64,000 nucleotides of DNA from Ylistrum balloti (taxonomy: Eukaryota): contig NW_026781915.1 in the NCBI RefSeq assembly GCF_031769215.1, forward strand, positions 496,001 to 560,000, read 5' to 3'. Of this stretch, positions 1 through 12,700 are shown in pieces. The notes below the pieces were generated by a model. It worked only from the letters and a program-made list of their open reading frames with translations, ran no database searches and was not told where the DNA came from. How positions within the stretch are numbered: the stretch's first letter is position 1; the number at the start of each line of letters is the position of its first letter. Both the position numbers and the translations under genes were made by a program.

Positions 1-268
1 ATATAATTCAGAATTTGCATTAAAAGATGCTGTCTCTTGGTGTGTATAAACTTTTTAACTGTGATAAACAGTATTTAAATTCAATCATTTTTGGAAGAGT
101 TATTGCCCTTTCCATTTTTCAGCATTTCCATCAGTTTCTGACTGATCTGTACAAATCATCAGTAAAACATGCAGCACTGTTTTCCCCTGAGGCATTTTGA
201 CTGAAGTAGATAGAAAATGAAATAAATGATAAAACCATGATGTACATCACATCCTCTCTCTTTTTCAG

Positions 269-1600
269 GGGATGGAAAATTAGAATTTCACACCAAACAG
301 CAAAACAGAATTCAGGAACATATTCAATGCCATACTTATATAACCGATTGACAAGGTAAGCATATGTTCTGCTTAGATATTCTGATATTTATAAAAAGAA
401 TATATTAATACAGTATTTGTTTCACTAATAGAAAGCAGCATTTGCCTCTATCTCAAGTCTTCTGTGTTAAACTTGTTGGAATGAAAGTTGAACTACTGAA
501 CATTGCAGTTACCTTTATATTGGAATATCTGTAAGCAAAACTTCCTGAGGTCAAGTCCCAATATTCTGTGAAACTGTTATAGGGTTACTGGAAGTTCAGT
601 CGTACTTTTTGTGTGTCATTAGTGGCAGTTTTGCTGTACTATTTGTGTATGACTCAGTTGAAATTCAGCTGTATGATTTCTGTGTAGCTGTTGGATGATG
701 AAGTTCTGCTATGTGTGTGACTGTTAGTGGAAATTCAGCTGTACTATTTGTGTTTGGCTGTTAGTGGAAATTCAGCTGTACAATTTGTGTGTTGTAGATG
801 GGCTAAGCTGCGAACAGCCATGGTCCCTTCACTGATATTCTGGGAGCCGGTATCTCAGTGTCTAGTGTTGGGTGTCATCAATGCTTTATCCATGGCCTAT
901 CTTTTCAACTGGACAGCTTCTGTCATCTTTTTAGTGCACTGTTTGATTTGGTTTCTCCTAGACTACATTCTCATCAAGATTTTAGAGGTAAGTAAGACTG
1001 ATTTAGTGATTGATTTTTTGCCAAAATTTATCTTTGTAAATGCCTGTCAAACGGTTTTGAGAGGATATGTTTTAATCGTACCCTGTCAAGAAATCTTCTT
1101 TAATATGTTGTGGCTATGTTTTTATTTTTTTCTGTCATATTATTTTCGTCAAGATCTATCTCTTCCTGTGAGCTATTCACCTATCTTTAAACTTAATATG
1201 CCTTATGACCATGTCATGAAGTTGTTTTTTCCTGAATAGCTTCATAATTCTTCTTGTATTTTGATTCAATGTTTATTTCACTTTGTCCTAGGAAAGGGAT
1301 TGTTTTGTAATCTATGTCCATGTGATTATTATAAGAAATCCAACTTGTCAAGTGTTTGATGTCCATATTGAAAAAAATATTCCTAGATCTGAAGATAAAA
1401 ACTTGTCCTTTTCATTTCAGGGAGGACCACTTCCTTTCTCCAAATTTGAATTCCTGGTTGGATGGATAATAAATGAGTGTACCTATTTGTGTGTGATAAT
1501 TCGCTCTCATTGGGACTCAACCATTGTCTGGAGGACAAAACGTTTCCGGCTCCGCTGGGGTGGTATCGTTGAAGAACTCCATACAAAACAAACAGTGTAG
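269..1600 (+). CDS. UGCG: Ceramide glucosyltransferase (glucosylceramide synthase), last three coding exons; the 5' part lies upstream of the window
   Basis: AG/GT-bounded exons 269-355, 798-987 and 1421-1600 join in frame: GWKIRISHQTAKQNSGTYSMPYLYNRLT|RWAKLRTAMVPSLIFWEPVSQC...LIKILE|GGPLPFSKFEFLVGW...WRTKRFRLRWGGIVEELHTKQTV*. This follows the UGCG C-terminus, including the (Q/R)xxRW motif (NRLTRW), EPxSxC and the terminal WRT.R.RLR.GG. Confidence 0.95.
586..797 (+). repeat. Degenerate ~38-bp minisatellite in a UGCG intron, ending at the splice acceptor
   Basis: About 5 copies of tgttagtggaaattcagctgtactatttgtgt; the clearest units start at about 722 and 760. Confidence 0.8.
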
Positions 1601-1829
1601 CACAAGGGAAATAAGTTTTGATTCACTTCATGCAAAACCATGCTTCAGTTAATGATTATAGGTTGTAGGATGCTTCCAAACAAACGCAGATTATGATTGA
1701 AAGGAAACCGTGCACCTTCGTCAGCAAGCCATCCTCATGACGATACAAGGACAGAGATTCTTTACTCATAACCATTAAATCTAATTATAGGTCTACATAA
1801 TGCAGTAAAACCACAGTAGCATTTTCAGA

Positions 1830-2010
1830 GACTGTACTGATCACCAAGGCAGAATTGTCTGTGACTATTCTGATCACCATGGCAACATTATCTGCAACTT
1901 TATTGATCATCATGACAACTCTGTCTGTGACTGTTCTGATCACCATGGCAACATTGTCTGTGACTGTTCTGATCACCATGGCAACTTTGTTGGTGGCTAT
2001 GATCATGCCT
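1830..2010 (+). repeat. 33-bp minisatellite downstream of the UGCG stop (probable 3' UTR)
   Basis: About 5 copies of gatcaccatggcaacattgtctgtgactgttct; this accounts for the repetitive ORF at 1785..2006. Confidence 0.9.
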
Positions 2011-3224
2011 TCAGCGAATTAGACTATCACTGGATTTATGGATGTGGATTGTCAGATGTAATGTGACATTTCTCTGTTAGTGATGTGCAACACCTTGTCA
2101 GGGTAATTTGTCATTTCCGAGTACAGCTCTTAATATCTATTAAGAACCATATATAAACTTTTTTAACATCTAAAGAAAAAATTTTAAGTATTCCTTGGAA
2201 TTAAATGCCATTCTATGGCTATTATATCAGACAGACTCAATTCTGAGCAGCCATTTTCAAAACTAAAACAATCAACAATGTATATTCTGTAAAGTGAGCA
2301 TGATCTGGCTGTTTAGTTAGTTATTTTATTTATCTTTCAACGCCACAATTATAAGTTGCCAAAATTTAAGATGTCTGCTTAAATTGTATCATCATTCATT
2401 TAAATCTTGACCAGTATAAAACTTTCACACCATTCCTGTTCTTTTCCATAGATGTTAACTTAAGTGAGTGCTTTGAAGTGAAGTCTGTTTCTATTGCTAC
2501 ATTGATTCTGTGCGGTAACTTTATTTTTGACTTGGTGAGAAGGGAGATTGTCTGGGTCAGTGCACAGTCACATTTAATTGTGGCTTAATGAGAAAGGAGC
2601 ATGTCTGCTGAGTGGACTTGTTCGATTGTTAAGTGTGTTTTAAGTGATTGTTATATGTTTTAAAGGTGCTGAAATGAGTATTCATTTTATGTATATGCCA
2701 GAAAGATGATTTTAAGTGATATTAACTTAACATGATATTTTTGAAAAATTTGCTTACGTTTTGAAGGTGCAATCTTTATGTTGTCATCTATATATTAGTG
2801 TTTCTTGCCAGAAAGAGATTTGTTTTGTATAAAGAGATTCAAGTTAGAGTGTTATACCTCTAGTCGTCTGTCTTGCCGTAGTTGATTTACATTATGCCAA
2901 TATTGTTCAATGTGTTCAGTACTGATAGTTTAAATGATAGTTCAAAAGGAAGCAAAATCATTGTGACTTGGAACTTAACATTACCTTAACCATGATGAAT
3001 GTTTTGATACAGTAAATATATATATCAGTTAGGACTTCCTACAGACCATTTGATATGTAAGACAGGTACCTGGGTAATACAAACTATACAAGGTGAGACA
3101 GCTGGTAAAATTTGTTCTCTCTTAAAAAACAAGGTTGTATAAATAAGGCAAAAATTGCGATGAAATAGCCCATTGTTCTAAGATTTGTAACATTTTCTAT
3201 CTAGTCATTTCCTGAAAGATCTAA

Positions 3225-3530
3225 CTCTCATATATGCTAGATATCAACTTTAATGTACTAGATATCAACATAAATATACTAGACATCAACATAAATATAC
3301 TAGATATCAACATAAATATACTAGATATCAACTTTAACATACTAGATATCAACTTAAATATACTAGATATCAACTTTAACATACTAGATATCCACTTAAA
3401 TATACTAGATATCAACTTAAATATACTAAGATATCAACTTAAATATACTAGATATTAACTTGAATGTACTGGCTTTTAAATTTGATAATGTTGGATATCA
3501 ACTTTAATATATTAAATATTACTGAATGTT
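3225..3530 (+). repeat. 21-bp minisatellite
   Basis: About 12-14 copies of tagatatcaacttaaatatac, degenerating towards about 3720. Confidence 0.95.
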
Positions 3531-6500
3531 AACTTTAATATGCTGGAGATTAATTGTAATAAAGTTGATATTAAATTTGATATAACGGTACATGTACTAA
3601 CTGTTAATCACTGGATGTAAGCTTTCAGCAACTGGGTGCAGTATTAGCGTACATCACTCAGATATTAATTTTTTATTAACTGGATGTTAACTTTCATCAT
3701 ATTATTATGAAGTTTTATCGACTTGACGTTAACTAGTACCAACAGGAAACTGTCTTGAGTAGAGTAAGGAAGCATATAATCGCATAGGAAGGAGTCTGAC
3801 TGAAACTTTGTGACAAAGGTTTTCTAAAACAATGTATTGTCTGTTATACAATATAACTTATTATATGAAGCTTCATACAAAGAAACAGGAAGAAGATTAT
3901 ACAATCATTTTGTAAGTAAAATGTATATGATCAGTATACAACACTATTAAATACCAGGCATTGAACGCAATATATATATACCTACCACACTTCTGAACAA
4001 ATGATCATACACAGGAATATTATATCAGTCGTTGATCCCTTTTATAATTCTGCACTGAAATACATGACAATATTATTTTCAGATGTTGAATCTCATATTT
4101 ATTTCCTTTAGAACACAATTTATTGTATCCATGTTAATGAGTCTTTAAGAATGTTAAGTATTATTCTAGCACCTTCCTGTAGGAAAACTGTATTCCAACT
4201 CTTTATTATCACAAGCTCTTTTAAGTATCTTTTATGCATGTCATTATATACATATTATTAAATATTTATAATTTTTTAACCAACTAAGGTCGGTTTTGAT
4301 ATTTGCTGTAGGATTTTCTCCCTTTGATATGTTTCGCTACAGAAAACAACTTTTTGGAAGGCAAATGTACAATTTCAGTATTAAATAGATGTACTATTCA
4401 ATTTTATTGGAAGTTTTTTTATTGTAGTTTGTTATGAAACATCAGGTAAACTATACAGGTATTGGTGTATTGTGACCTATTAGGTCTCTCAGAAAAAAAG
4501 TCAACAGTTAATTGTTATCTGAAATATATATTAAAGTATTTCTTAAGTTTTGTAACAGATTTAAATCAATTTCATTATTATTATTTTTAAAAAGATTATT
4601 AACATTTGGTTAAAGAGAGGTACACACTATGGTCTCCCAAATATATATACATAATTAAACTTCAGTAATATGTATTGTACATGAAATTCCAACTGTAAGT
4701 ATTGTTTATACCCAAAATCAATGACTGTGGTCAGTAAAGCCCTGTAGATCGGTACATTACCCCTCAACGTGTTCATGTTAGGAATAAGGAAATTTTATGT
4801 AGTACAGCTTGTTTAACCCCCTTTATTCTCAATACTACATAGGACATACACTTGTTGATAAAATCAGGAACTGATGTTGTATGTGGTCTTGGTGCTAGAT
4901 TTCATCATATTATTGAGTTTTGTATTTGAGATAGACATTTTTTTTATATATCTGATTGATTGGGATATTTTTTATACTTTAGGTCATTCCCTGGTTGGAT
5001 TTTGTTAATGCATATATGAATGCTACAGTCTTATGTCTGTGCTGTCACTGCATGACTTGTTACCATGGTAACAATGATTAGTGGCAGATGTCATTTTATA
5101 CTTTGTTGCATGTATTGATATTTATGTTCATTCCCATATCTGAGGCTCCGGTAGTGAAGTAGCAGCTCATTTAGCACTGTAATTGATGTGCCTTTGTACA
5201 TTACAATACAAAGTAGATCACCAGGAAGCTTATCAACACTGATGTCTCACTTAACACCGATGTGTAGAGCTGCAAAATTCATTGCACGTTCTACATAAGG
5301 TGTAGTCAATGACGTGTTGCTTCTCTGTCAGATCTTGTTTGACAACAGAATTTTCAGTATTCTAATTTATGATATATGTTGATTCCAGCTGGGTTTTTTT
5401 ATTTTATGAATTTGGTATAAATTGAATGTTAAATTGTCTACAGGGTATAATCATGATGAAAGTTTTAATTAGTGTTCCTTTTGAATTCTGATAAGCCTGA
5501 GTAATACTCATTTTTAATTTGATTAAAAAGAAAATCATTATAAAATGTACATAACATACTGATGATTTAAGTAAGTACAAGGTCAGTAACATCTGAATCC
5601 CCCAGATGTTTGATGATATAACATTGTCGAGTCTTGTTACCGTAGTAACTGATGTACTACCTACCTCCAGCCTTCCCTGTTCACTAGTCCAGATAGAGTT
5701 GTGCCAATTGTACCCATTTGTAGTAATACAATCTCCACAACAAACCATTTTTTTTAACTTCAATATTTTTTAATTAAGTTTTTACCTGTACTTAGTACAA
5801 AATTCATTTGTTTATTTTTAAAGTTTATGTGAATTTGCTGGTCATTAGACCTTGTAAAACTTAGGTATTTCATATAATGTCCTAACAATGTAGCAATGAC
5901 TTGGTGTAACTGTTATACTGATATGTATGCACAGACATATGAACAACATTATTAACACTTTGTATAAAATGACCTAATTGTCAAAAGCTGAATTTATTTC
6001 AACCTTTGTATTGAGGTTTATCACATATTGTCAAAACAGTGCTTGGTCTTGCACCAAGTCTTCTGTTGATTCATTCACAGAAACAAATTTTATGATGTTG
6101 CAAAACATGATGTTTGAATCGATTCCTATTTCTATTAATAATAATTTGCACTTATTGTAAGTGCCCTACATTTCATTAAAATACGAAGATTGATTAGCTT
6201 TGATAATGATGGGTTTTTTTCGTTTATTTAAAGGTGAGTTTTGATATATAGTGTAGTTAACTGGGGACAAGACTTTTTTGTTCAAAATGCATGTACCCAT
6301 GTTTTGTTTGATATGAAATCATCACAGAGCTTTTAACCTTCAGTGTAAAATGAAAATGTACTGCCAAATATATCCTGGATTAAATGTAGATTAAAGTTGT
6401 GCAAGTAATGTGCCAACATCAGAATGGTTTGATTTTTACTCTTTCTGCAAGGGAGATAAATGTTTGAAAATGTGGGCCCAATTTTCAGCGTATTGTTGTT

Positions 6501-6539
6501 GAAAGCCAGCTCTCCATTTGTCATATTATGGACAGCCAT

Positions 6540-7230
6540 GCAGCTGTCAATGTATTGATATATTGACAGTCAGCTCGTTGTGTGTCAGTGTATTGACAGC
6601 CAGCTTGCTGCGCATCAGTATATCGACATCCAGCTCACTATGTGTCAGTGTATTGACAGCATGCTCGTTGTGTGTCAGTGTATTGACAGCGTGCTTGCTG
6701 CACATCAGTATATTGATATCCAGCTTGCTGTGTGTCAGTGTATTGACAGCATGCTCGTTGTGTGTCAGTGTATTGACAGCCAGCTTGCTGTGTGTCCGTG
6801 TATTGACAGCATGCTCGTTGTGTGTCTGTGCATTGACAGCATGCTTGTGGCGCATCTGTATATTGACATCCAGCTTGCTGTGTGTCGGTGTATTGACAAT
6901 CAGCTTGCTGCGCGTCAGTATATCGACATCCAGCTGGTGTGTGTCATTGTATTGATAGCATGCTCGTTGTGTGTTGATGTATTGACAGCCAGCTTGCTGT
7001 GTTTTTGTGTATTGACAGCTAGCTGTGCCAGTGTATAGACAGTGGGTTCTCTGCGTGTAGGTGTATTGACAGCAGGTTTGCTGTGTCAGTGTATTAACAG
7101 TGGGCTGTTTGTGTGTTGGTGTATGGACAGTCAGCTCTCTGTGTGTTGTGTATTGACAGCAAGCTCTCTGTGTGTCGATGTATTGACAGTCAGCACCAGT
7201 GTGTGGTTATTAAGTATCACTGGTGTACAC
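6540..7230 (+). repeat. 30-bp minisatellite
   Basis: About 20 copies of gtgtattgacagccagcttgctgtgtgtca and variants; accounts for the Cys-rich ORFs in several frames. Confidence 0.95.
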
Positions 7231-9224
7231 TAGCTGTGTGGTCTGTACCATACCAGATATTGTCCACAAGTCATACAGTGTCTTCAGTTTGTACAAGTAA
7301 AATTATGGACTGAGTTACAAGTGTTTGTTATTTATTGATTCAAGTAAGTGAAGTTTACAATTATTGGAACATGGACACTTGATCACTGTCCAGAAAATCC
7401 TTGTAAACATGGGTCATTTATCTCTATCAAAAAAATTTCATTAAAACCAATTTATCCAAGATGGTTGCCAATTGGCCATCTGGTTTTTACAACTTTGATT
7501 ACAACACTAACAATTTTGAGAAGGATCTGTTCGGTGCACCATTTAAGAACCGACAATAAACTTTTACTTCAAAATCCGAGATGACTGATGCCAATTTGTT
7601 TTTCAGATCAGTTTCTTGAGTTTATTCTGCACAACTAGGGACCAGAGTTAGCCCAGGTATAAAAATCAGACATAAAAACTGACTTATATAGTAACTCTCC
7701 ACACCTTGTGTATGTAGGATGGAATAGAAAACTGGAAACCATAATAAGTCACCAGACAGCAACAGTGTATAAAGCACAAGAGATGGGCATCAGTCAGGTA
7801 GCACTTTCTGAGCATAGAAGATAAATGATATCCTCATACATTTCATGGTGGTTTGACCTATTTTTTGTTTCAATAATAAACAACAGGTCATATAAAATAT
7901 TTGATGGCCATTTATGAAATAGGGAGATGCTATAAGACGAGAGAAAAACAAAACAAAAAATACACATACTTTGAACAGGAGACTGCATGTATATAATAAC
8001 TGCAAATTACCAATAGAACTTTGATCTGAAGATTTTACTGCTCTTAACTTTACAAGTATTGGACGATTACAACTATTTTCAAAAGTTTGCCCAAGTAGTC
8101 TAGTGAATTATAGATTTTCAAATCAGCAGCAATGTACAGTTAAAAACTGCTTAAAGGTTCTACAATGTTAACTCCCTTTAACCTCGAAAATGCAGTTAGA
8201 TCCTTCACCACTCAACTAACACCAATATCCTGGATATTGTGGCCCAATTTCGTGACCTTGGGCATAGTGGTTATTTAATTGTACTATGCTTAACTGGTTT
8301 AATCTCTAAAGTGGATCAAGGCAATTCATTTTAACAGATTTGATAAGCCCTTCACCTCTGCAAAACACTGGTCAAATATTGTGACCCTGGAATCTTTTCT
8401 GAGTTAGAAGTTAGATCAAATTATTTTTACAACATTATCCCAACTAAATTTGACCTTCATCAGAGTATGTAATAAAGTCCCATAAAGGTTTAACCATCTG
8501 ACCTTTGTGTCCACAAAAAACAGATTAACATTATTTAATGAAACAACACTTGTAATTCCTATATTCCAGCAGGCTACTTGCCCAAAATAATGTAAGAGGT
8601 CTTTTAATTGCAAAATGTTGTTAAAATTAGTTGTATAAAGGCAAAAATTGACCCTGGTGAAAGATGAAAGAAAGAAAAGGCATTTAAGTAGGAAATAAAC
8701 AAAGGCACCTCATTCTATGTGATCTCCATTCCAGTACCTGTTACCTCTCTTCCAATGATACACAAGATTATACATAACACGAACAATAGATAGAAAAAAA
8801 CATTTTATCAACAGCATGTATACACTATAAACAGCACTGATCACATTAGTAACACACTGATACATATTTTTACATAGAAGAAAATCACAAATACCATGAC
8901 ACCTATGGTATATATTTTCAATTACAACAATATCACTGGATCTTTCCAACAATATAAATTAATTCAATTATGAATTTGCTAAATATTCAAAATCAAACAC
9001 ATGGCTCTGAGAACCATGCAGGAATTAATCTCCAAATCTGTCGTCTTTTTGGGAAATATTTTCTGACATGTGTCCATGACCTTGATCTATGGTCATGTAT
9101 TTTGATTGACATTGTCTCTTTACATCTCTTAATTACAACGGTAAATAAAATAATGTATAGTTTAAAAGCATGAATGAATGTTATAGATATGTCAAGCATG
9201 TGACACAACAAGGGACGTACACAA

Positions 9225-9470
9225 AATTTGTAAACAGATTAATTCTGTCCTTTTCAAGGAAAAGCACTAAGCATCTATAGAGTCATGATCAGATTAAGCT
9301 GAAACCACTTCTGACCATGGTGAACACCCAAGTGGAATTTGAAAAAGATCTGTCCTGTGCTTCTCAAGGAATAGCAATGAGAAATATTGTGTAAGAATGG
9401 ATGACAGACCATGGCAATTTGTCTAAATGGTACAAGCTACCATCTACTGATGATGGTGGGCTAAACATTG
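9225..9470 (+). mobile_element. Non-autonomous bivalve-type (pearl/HINE-like) element, partial
   Basis: Starts with aacaagg, carries family modules and a gatgacagacc spacer, and ends in a short hairpin (ccatc...gatgg). Confidence 0.45.
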
Positions 9471-9714
9471 AAAATGAAAAATTTACCATTTTTACTAAGA
9501 TTTTACAAAAGCTAATCTGCATTTCCATTTCTGATAAAAAATTTTTTTATAGAATTAAAATAAATATGTGATGGATTCCATCAATGCTACATGCAGTACC
9601 ATAACACAGAACATTCCCTCTCATCTTGGTCTTTTAGAGAACTAGAAGAAAAGGCTCAATTCAAGTGATTGCCAACACAAATAAAGTTCCAGTCATTGAT
9701 CACACTGGTTCCTG

Positions 9715-12700
9715 TCAGGATTTAGAGGGAAATGTGGTGCCTTTAACTGTGGTCCGATGAAGTATTCGAAGTCCCACCTGAGACACGGGGTACTGTGTCT
9801 CTGGTGTTGCCTCATGTCCTACAGCCAAGTTGTCAGAGATGATGAAATCTCCCTCCTCCCACTGGAAAGTATGTATAAATAACTGTAAAAATATCCTTAA
9901 TACAGCAAAATGAATTTAATATGTGCATAATCAATGCAAAGATTTGTCATAAAAATGACAGTTGTTTATCTACTTAAGAAATAACTTTGGATGTGAAATA
10001 AGAGGTTTGTTTTAGGAAACAAAAACATATATCTTCCTTACTACAAGTAGCAAATATGTATATATACTGTTTTTGTAATAGGTTGTGTGTGCAAGAATGA
10101 AAATGAAGAAAAATATTAATTTAACTGTTGCTATTTATAAACTGATAACAATGTTGGTAATTTTGATATTCAAAGCAGAGTAACCAAAGCACTGCACTTT
10201 GTCAGCAAGTGATAAAGGTGTACAGTAACTTTCATAAAGAAATCTTCAGCAGCTTAAAAGTAATCACCAAGACAAGATATAATTGAGTGGTGATGATATA
10301 CAGCAACTTTTGTGATGATATCTTAATAACACCTGACAAGAAATTATTGGAAAAAATTGCACTTATTTGACCTTTAATAATGAGGTCAAGTGACCCCATG
10401 GCAGTGCATTGCACATCAGCTTTTGGTAATTCAAATATAAAGTTTTGTTAAGATATGTTCAATGGCCTGGACAAGAAATGATCAAAATAATCATAATAAG
10501 GAACCTGTAAAACAAATTTTCTTTCCTCATTCAAAGGGAAGACAAAATTGACAATGAGATTGACAGGGTTCCAAGTTGGGTCATGCTTTAATCTTGAAAT
10601 TAAGGTCACGGTGACCTAACAGCATAGTAGTTGACATCAACTTTGGATGATTGAATTGAACAGCAAGTTTCAGTGAGACATCTTCAACAACTTAAATGTT
10701 TTCACCCAGAAAAGATGTCATAGAAAAATTCACACTTATTTGACCTTTAATCTAGAGGTCAAAATAACTGTGACATAACTGCAGTGCACTGCACATTGGC
10801 TTTAACAGTTTAAAATGTATTGTCTTCAAATAGAAATTAGAAGATCCAGAAGTCCAGTAATAAAACAGTATTTCTCTCTCCCTTCACTAAAAGAGGAGAC
10901 ATGGTTAATGACTTTTTGGAGGATGGGACCTTCTCTGGAACACTAAAGGTGATCTGACTTAACACTTAGGAAGAATTTTGTAAGGATATTACCACAATGT
11001 ATATTGTGTTTCTTGTGTATGTATGACCAATAAACATATGTTCAGAAGCAGAGAGGACTCTTGCGTGGACACAACCATGCTGACTAACCTTGTGGGAATA
11101 AATGAGACGTCGATCATCTTTGACAATTTCCTGATGTATGTCCTTAAGAATCCTTATTGTCTCCATGTCAGTGGTGAGTCGTTCTTCTTTTGTACCTTTG
11201 TCCATAACAAACCCCTCAGTCATACCAAGATGGAAACATAATGTCTACAACCAAAGATAGTGTGTCACAGCTGAAACCTCACAAATAATACAGAATAAAC
11301 TTAGTACTTGGTCAAGCGATGAATATCTGACTAAAAATTTTTAACTTCATATAACTACATTGGTCTATTAAATCTTAAACTTTCAACTTATATCATTGCT
11401 GTATGGTGTTACTGTTTCAATTAAAACAAAAGACTCAATGGGCCTGCATCACTTACCTGGTATTCAATACAAAGTGGGTCAATATCAAATTTATTGAAGT
11501 CAACTTCAAAAAACTTGCAAAGTGAAATAGAATCCAACTATAAATGATGGATGATATTCTGGAAAACTCCAATGAAATTAATATCAGGTTATTGAACTTT
11601 GAACAGAAATTCCATGTTTCATATCACAATTCTGCAAGTAAAGATTTTTACCACTTCCTAATAGACAAATCTGCATTAATTTTTGTGATCAGCCAGAGGA
11701 GGTCATTACAGTATTTTAACAAATTTGACACTCGTGAACCAGAACAAACAAATTTATACTTTATTCAGCAACAAATTATGATACTTTATGGAAGTAAAGA
11801 CAGGTTACTGAGTGGGAGTAATGAGAGGTTACCGAATGGGAGTTTTCAAAACTGCTTAGATCTCACTCTATCCCTGATGAATGAACTTGTTAACTTACTG
11901 GAGCTCTGGTAACAGGGTGGGAGTAAATGAGAGGTTACTGAATGGGAGTTTTCAAAACTGCTTAGATCTCACTCTATCCCTGATGAATGAACTTGTTAAC
12001 TTACTGGAGCTCTGGTAACAGGGTGGGAGTAAATGAGAGGTTTGGAAGCCTTTTCTCTGAGGTCACTAATCATCCACAATCTCTCCCAAAGAGCACGTTT
12101 CTCTGGTGATAAACTCTCAATCAAGTCAGACAGCGAAACAAAAGCTACAAAAAGAAACAATTCAACGGTAGTAGAAATGCACACTAGTGTGGTGTTAAAA
12201 GACGGACACTCAGACACCTGTGGACAGACCGGTCTTATTGTAAATCAACACTTTGCCAACTACCTTCATCATGTTGATTGGGAGGTCAATGCGACTGGCA
12301 AAGAGAATACTGTACTCATCTTGCAACTGAATGATTATGGTTCAATTCCCTGTTACAACCTGAATCACTTGCCTGACCACATGCGTCTTCTTTGCATGTC
12401 ACAGTTTCTTCCCATAAAAAGTCCAAGGCAGTGCAATTTTATTCCAGCCGACAGGAGTAATGAAGAAAAGTTAATCTAACTTAAATGTCTCATAATCTAC
12501 AATAAACAGACAATTCAGCTGATAATAATCCCCATCACCACACCATCTCACCAAGGTGAACCAATACCCTCAAGTATGCAGTATCAGTTACTAGGAGCGC
12601 TGGAAATTGAACCTGAACAACCTTTTTCTTTTTAATAGGTTGAAGGTCAAAATGTAGGTCACAATGATTTACTTTTGATACATGACTCAAAGCGAACCCA

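Noticed and set aside
5227-5268. miR-21-like sequence agcttatcaacactgatgt
   Set aside because: The hairpin is weak and miR-21 is a vertebrate family; probably coincidence.
6518-7313. Cys-rich ORFs resembling metallothionein or keratin-associated proteins
   Set aside because: Several frames on both strands are open only because the 30-bp repeat lacks stops; no splice or start context supports a gene.
12033-12479. 148-aa plus-strand ORF
   Set aside because: It is antisense to dioxygenase exon 2 and its intron, and has no recognisable motifs.
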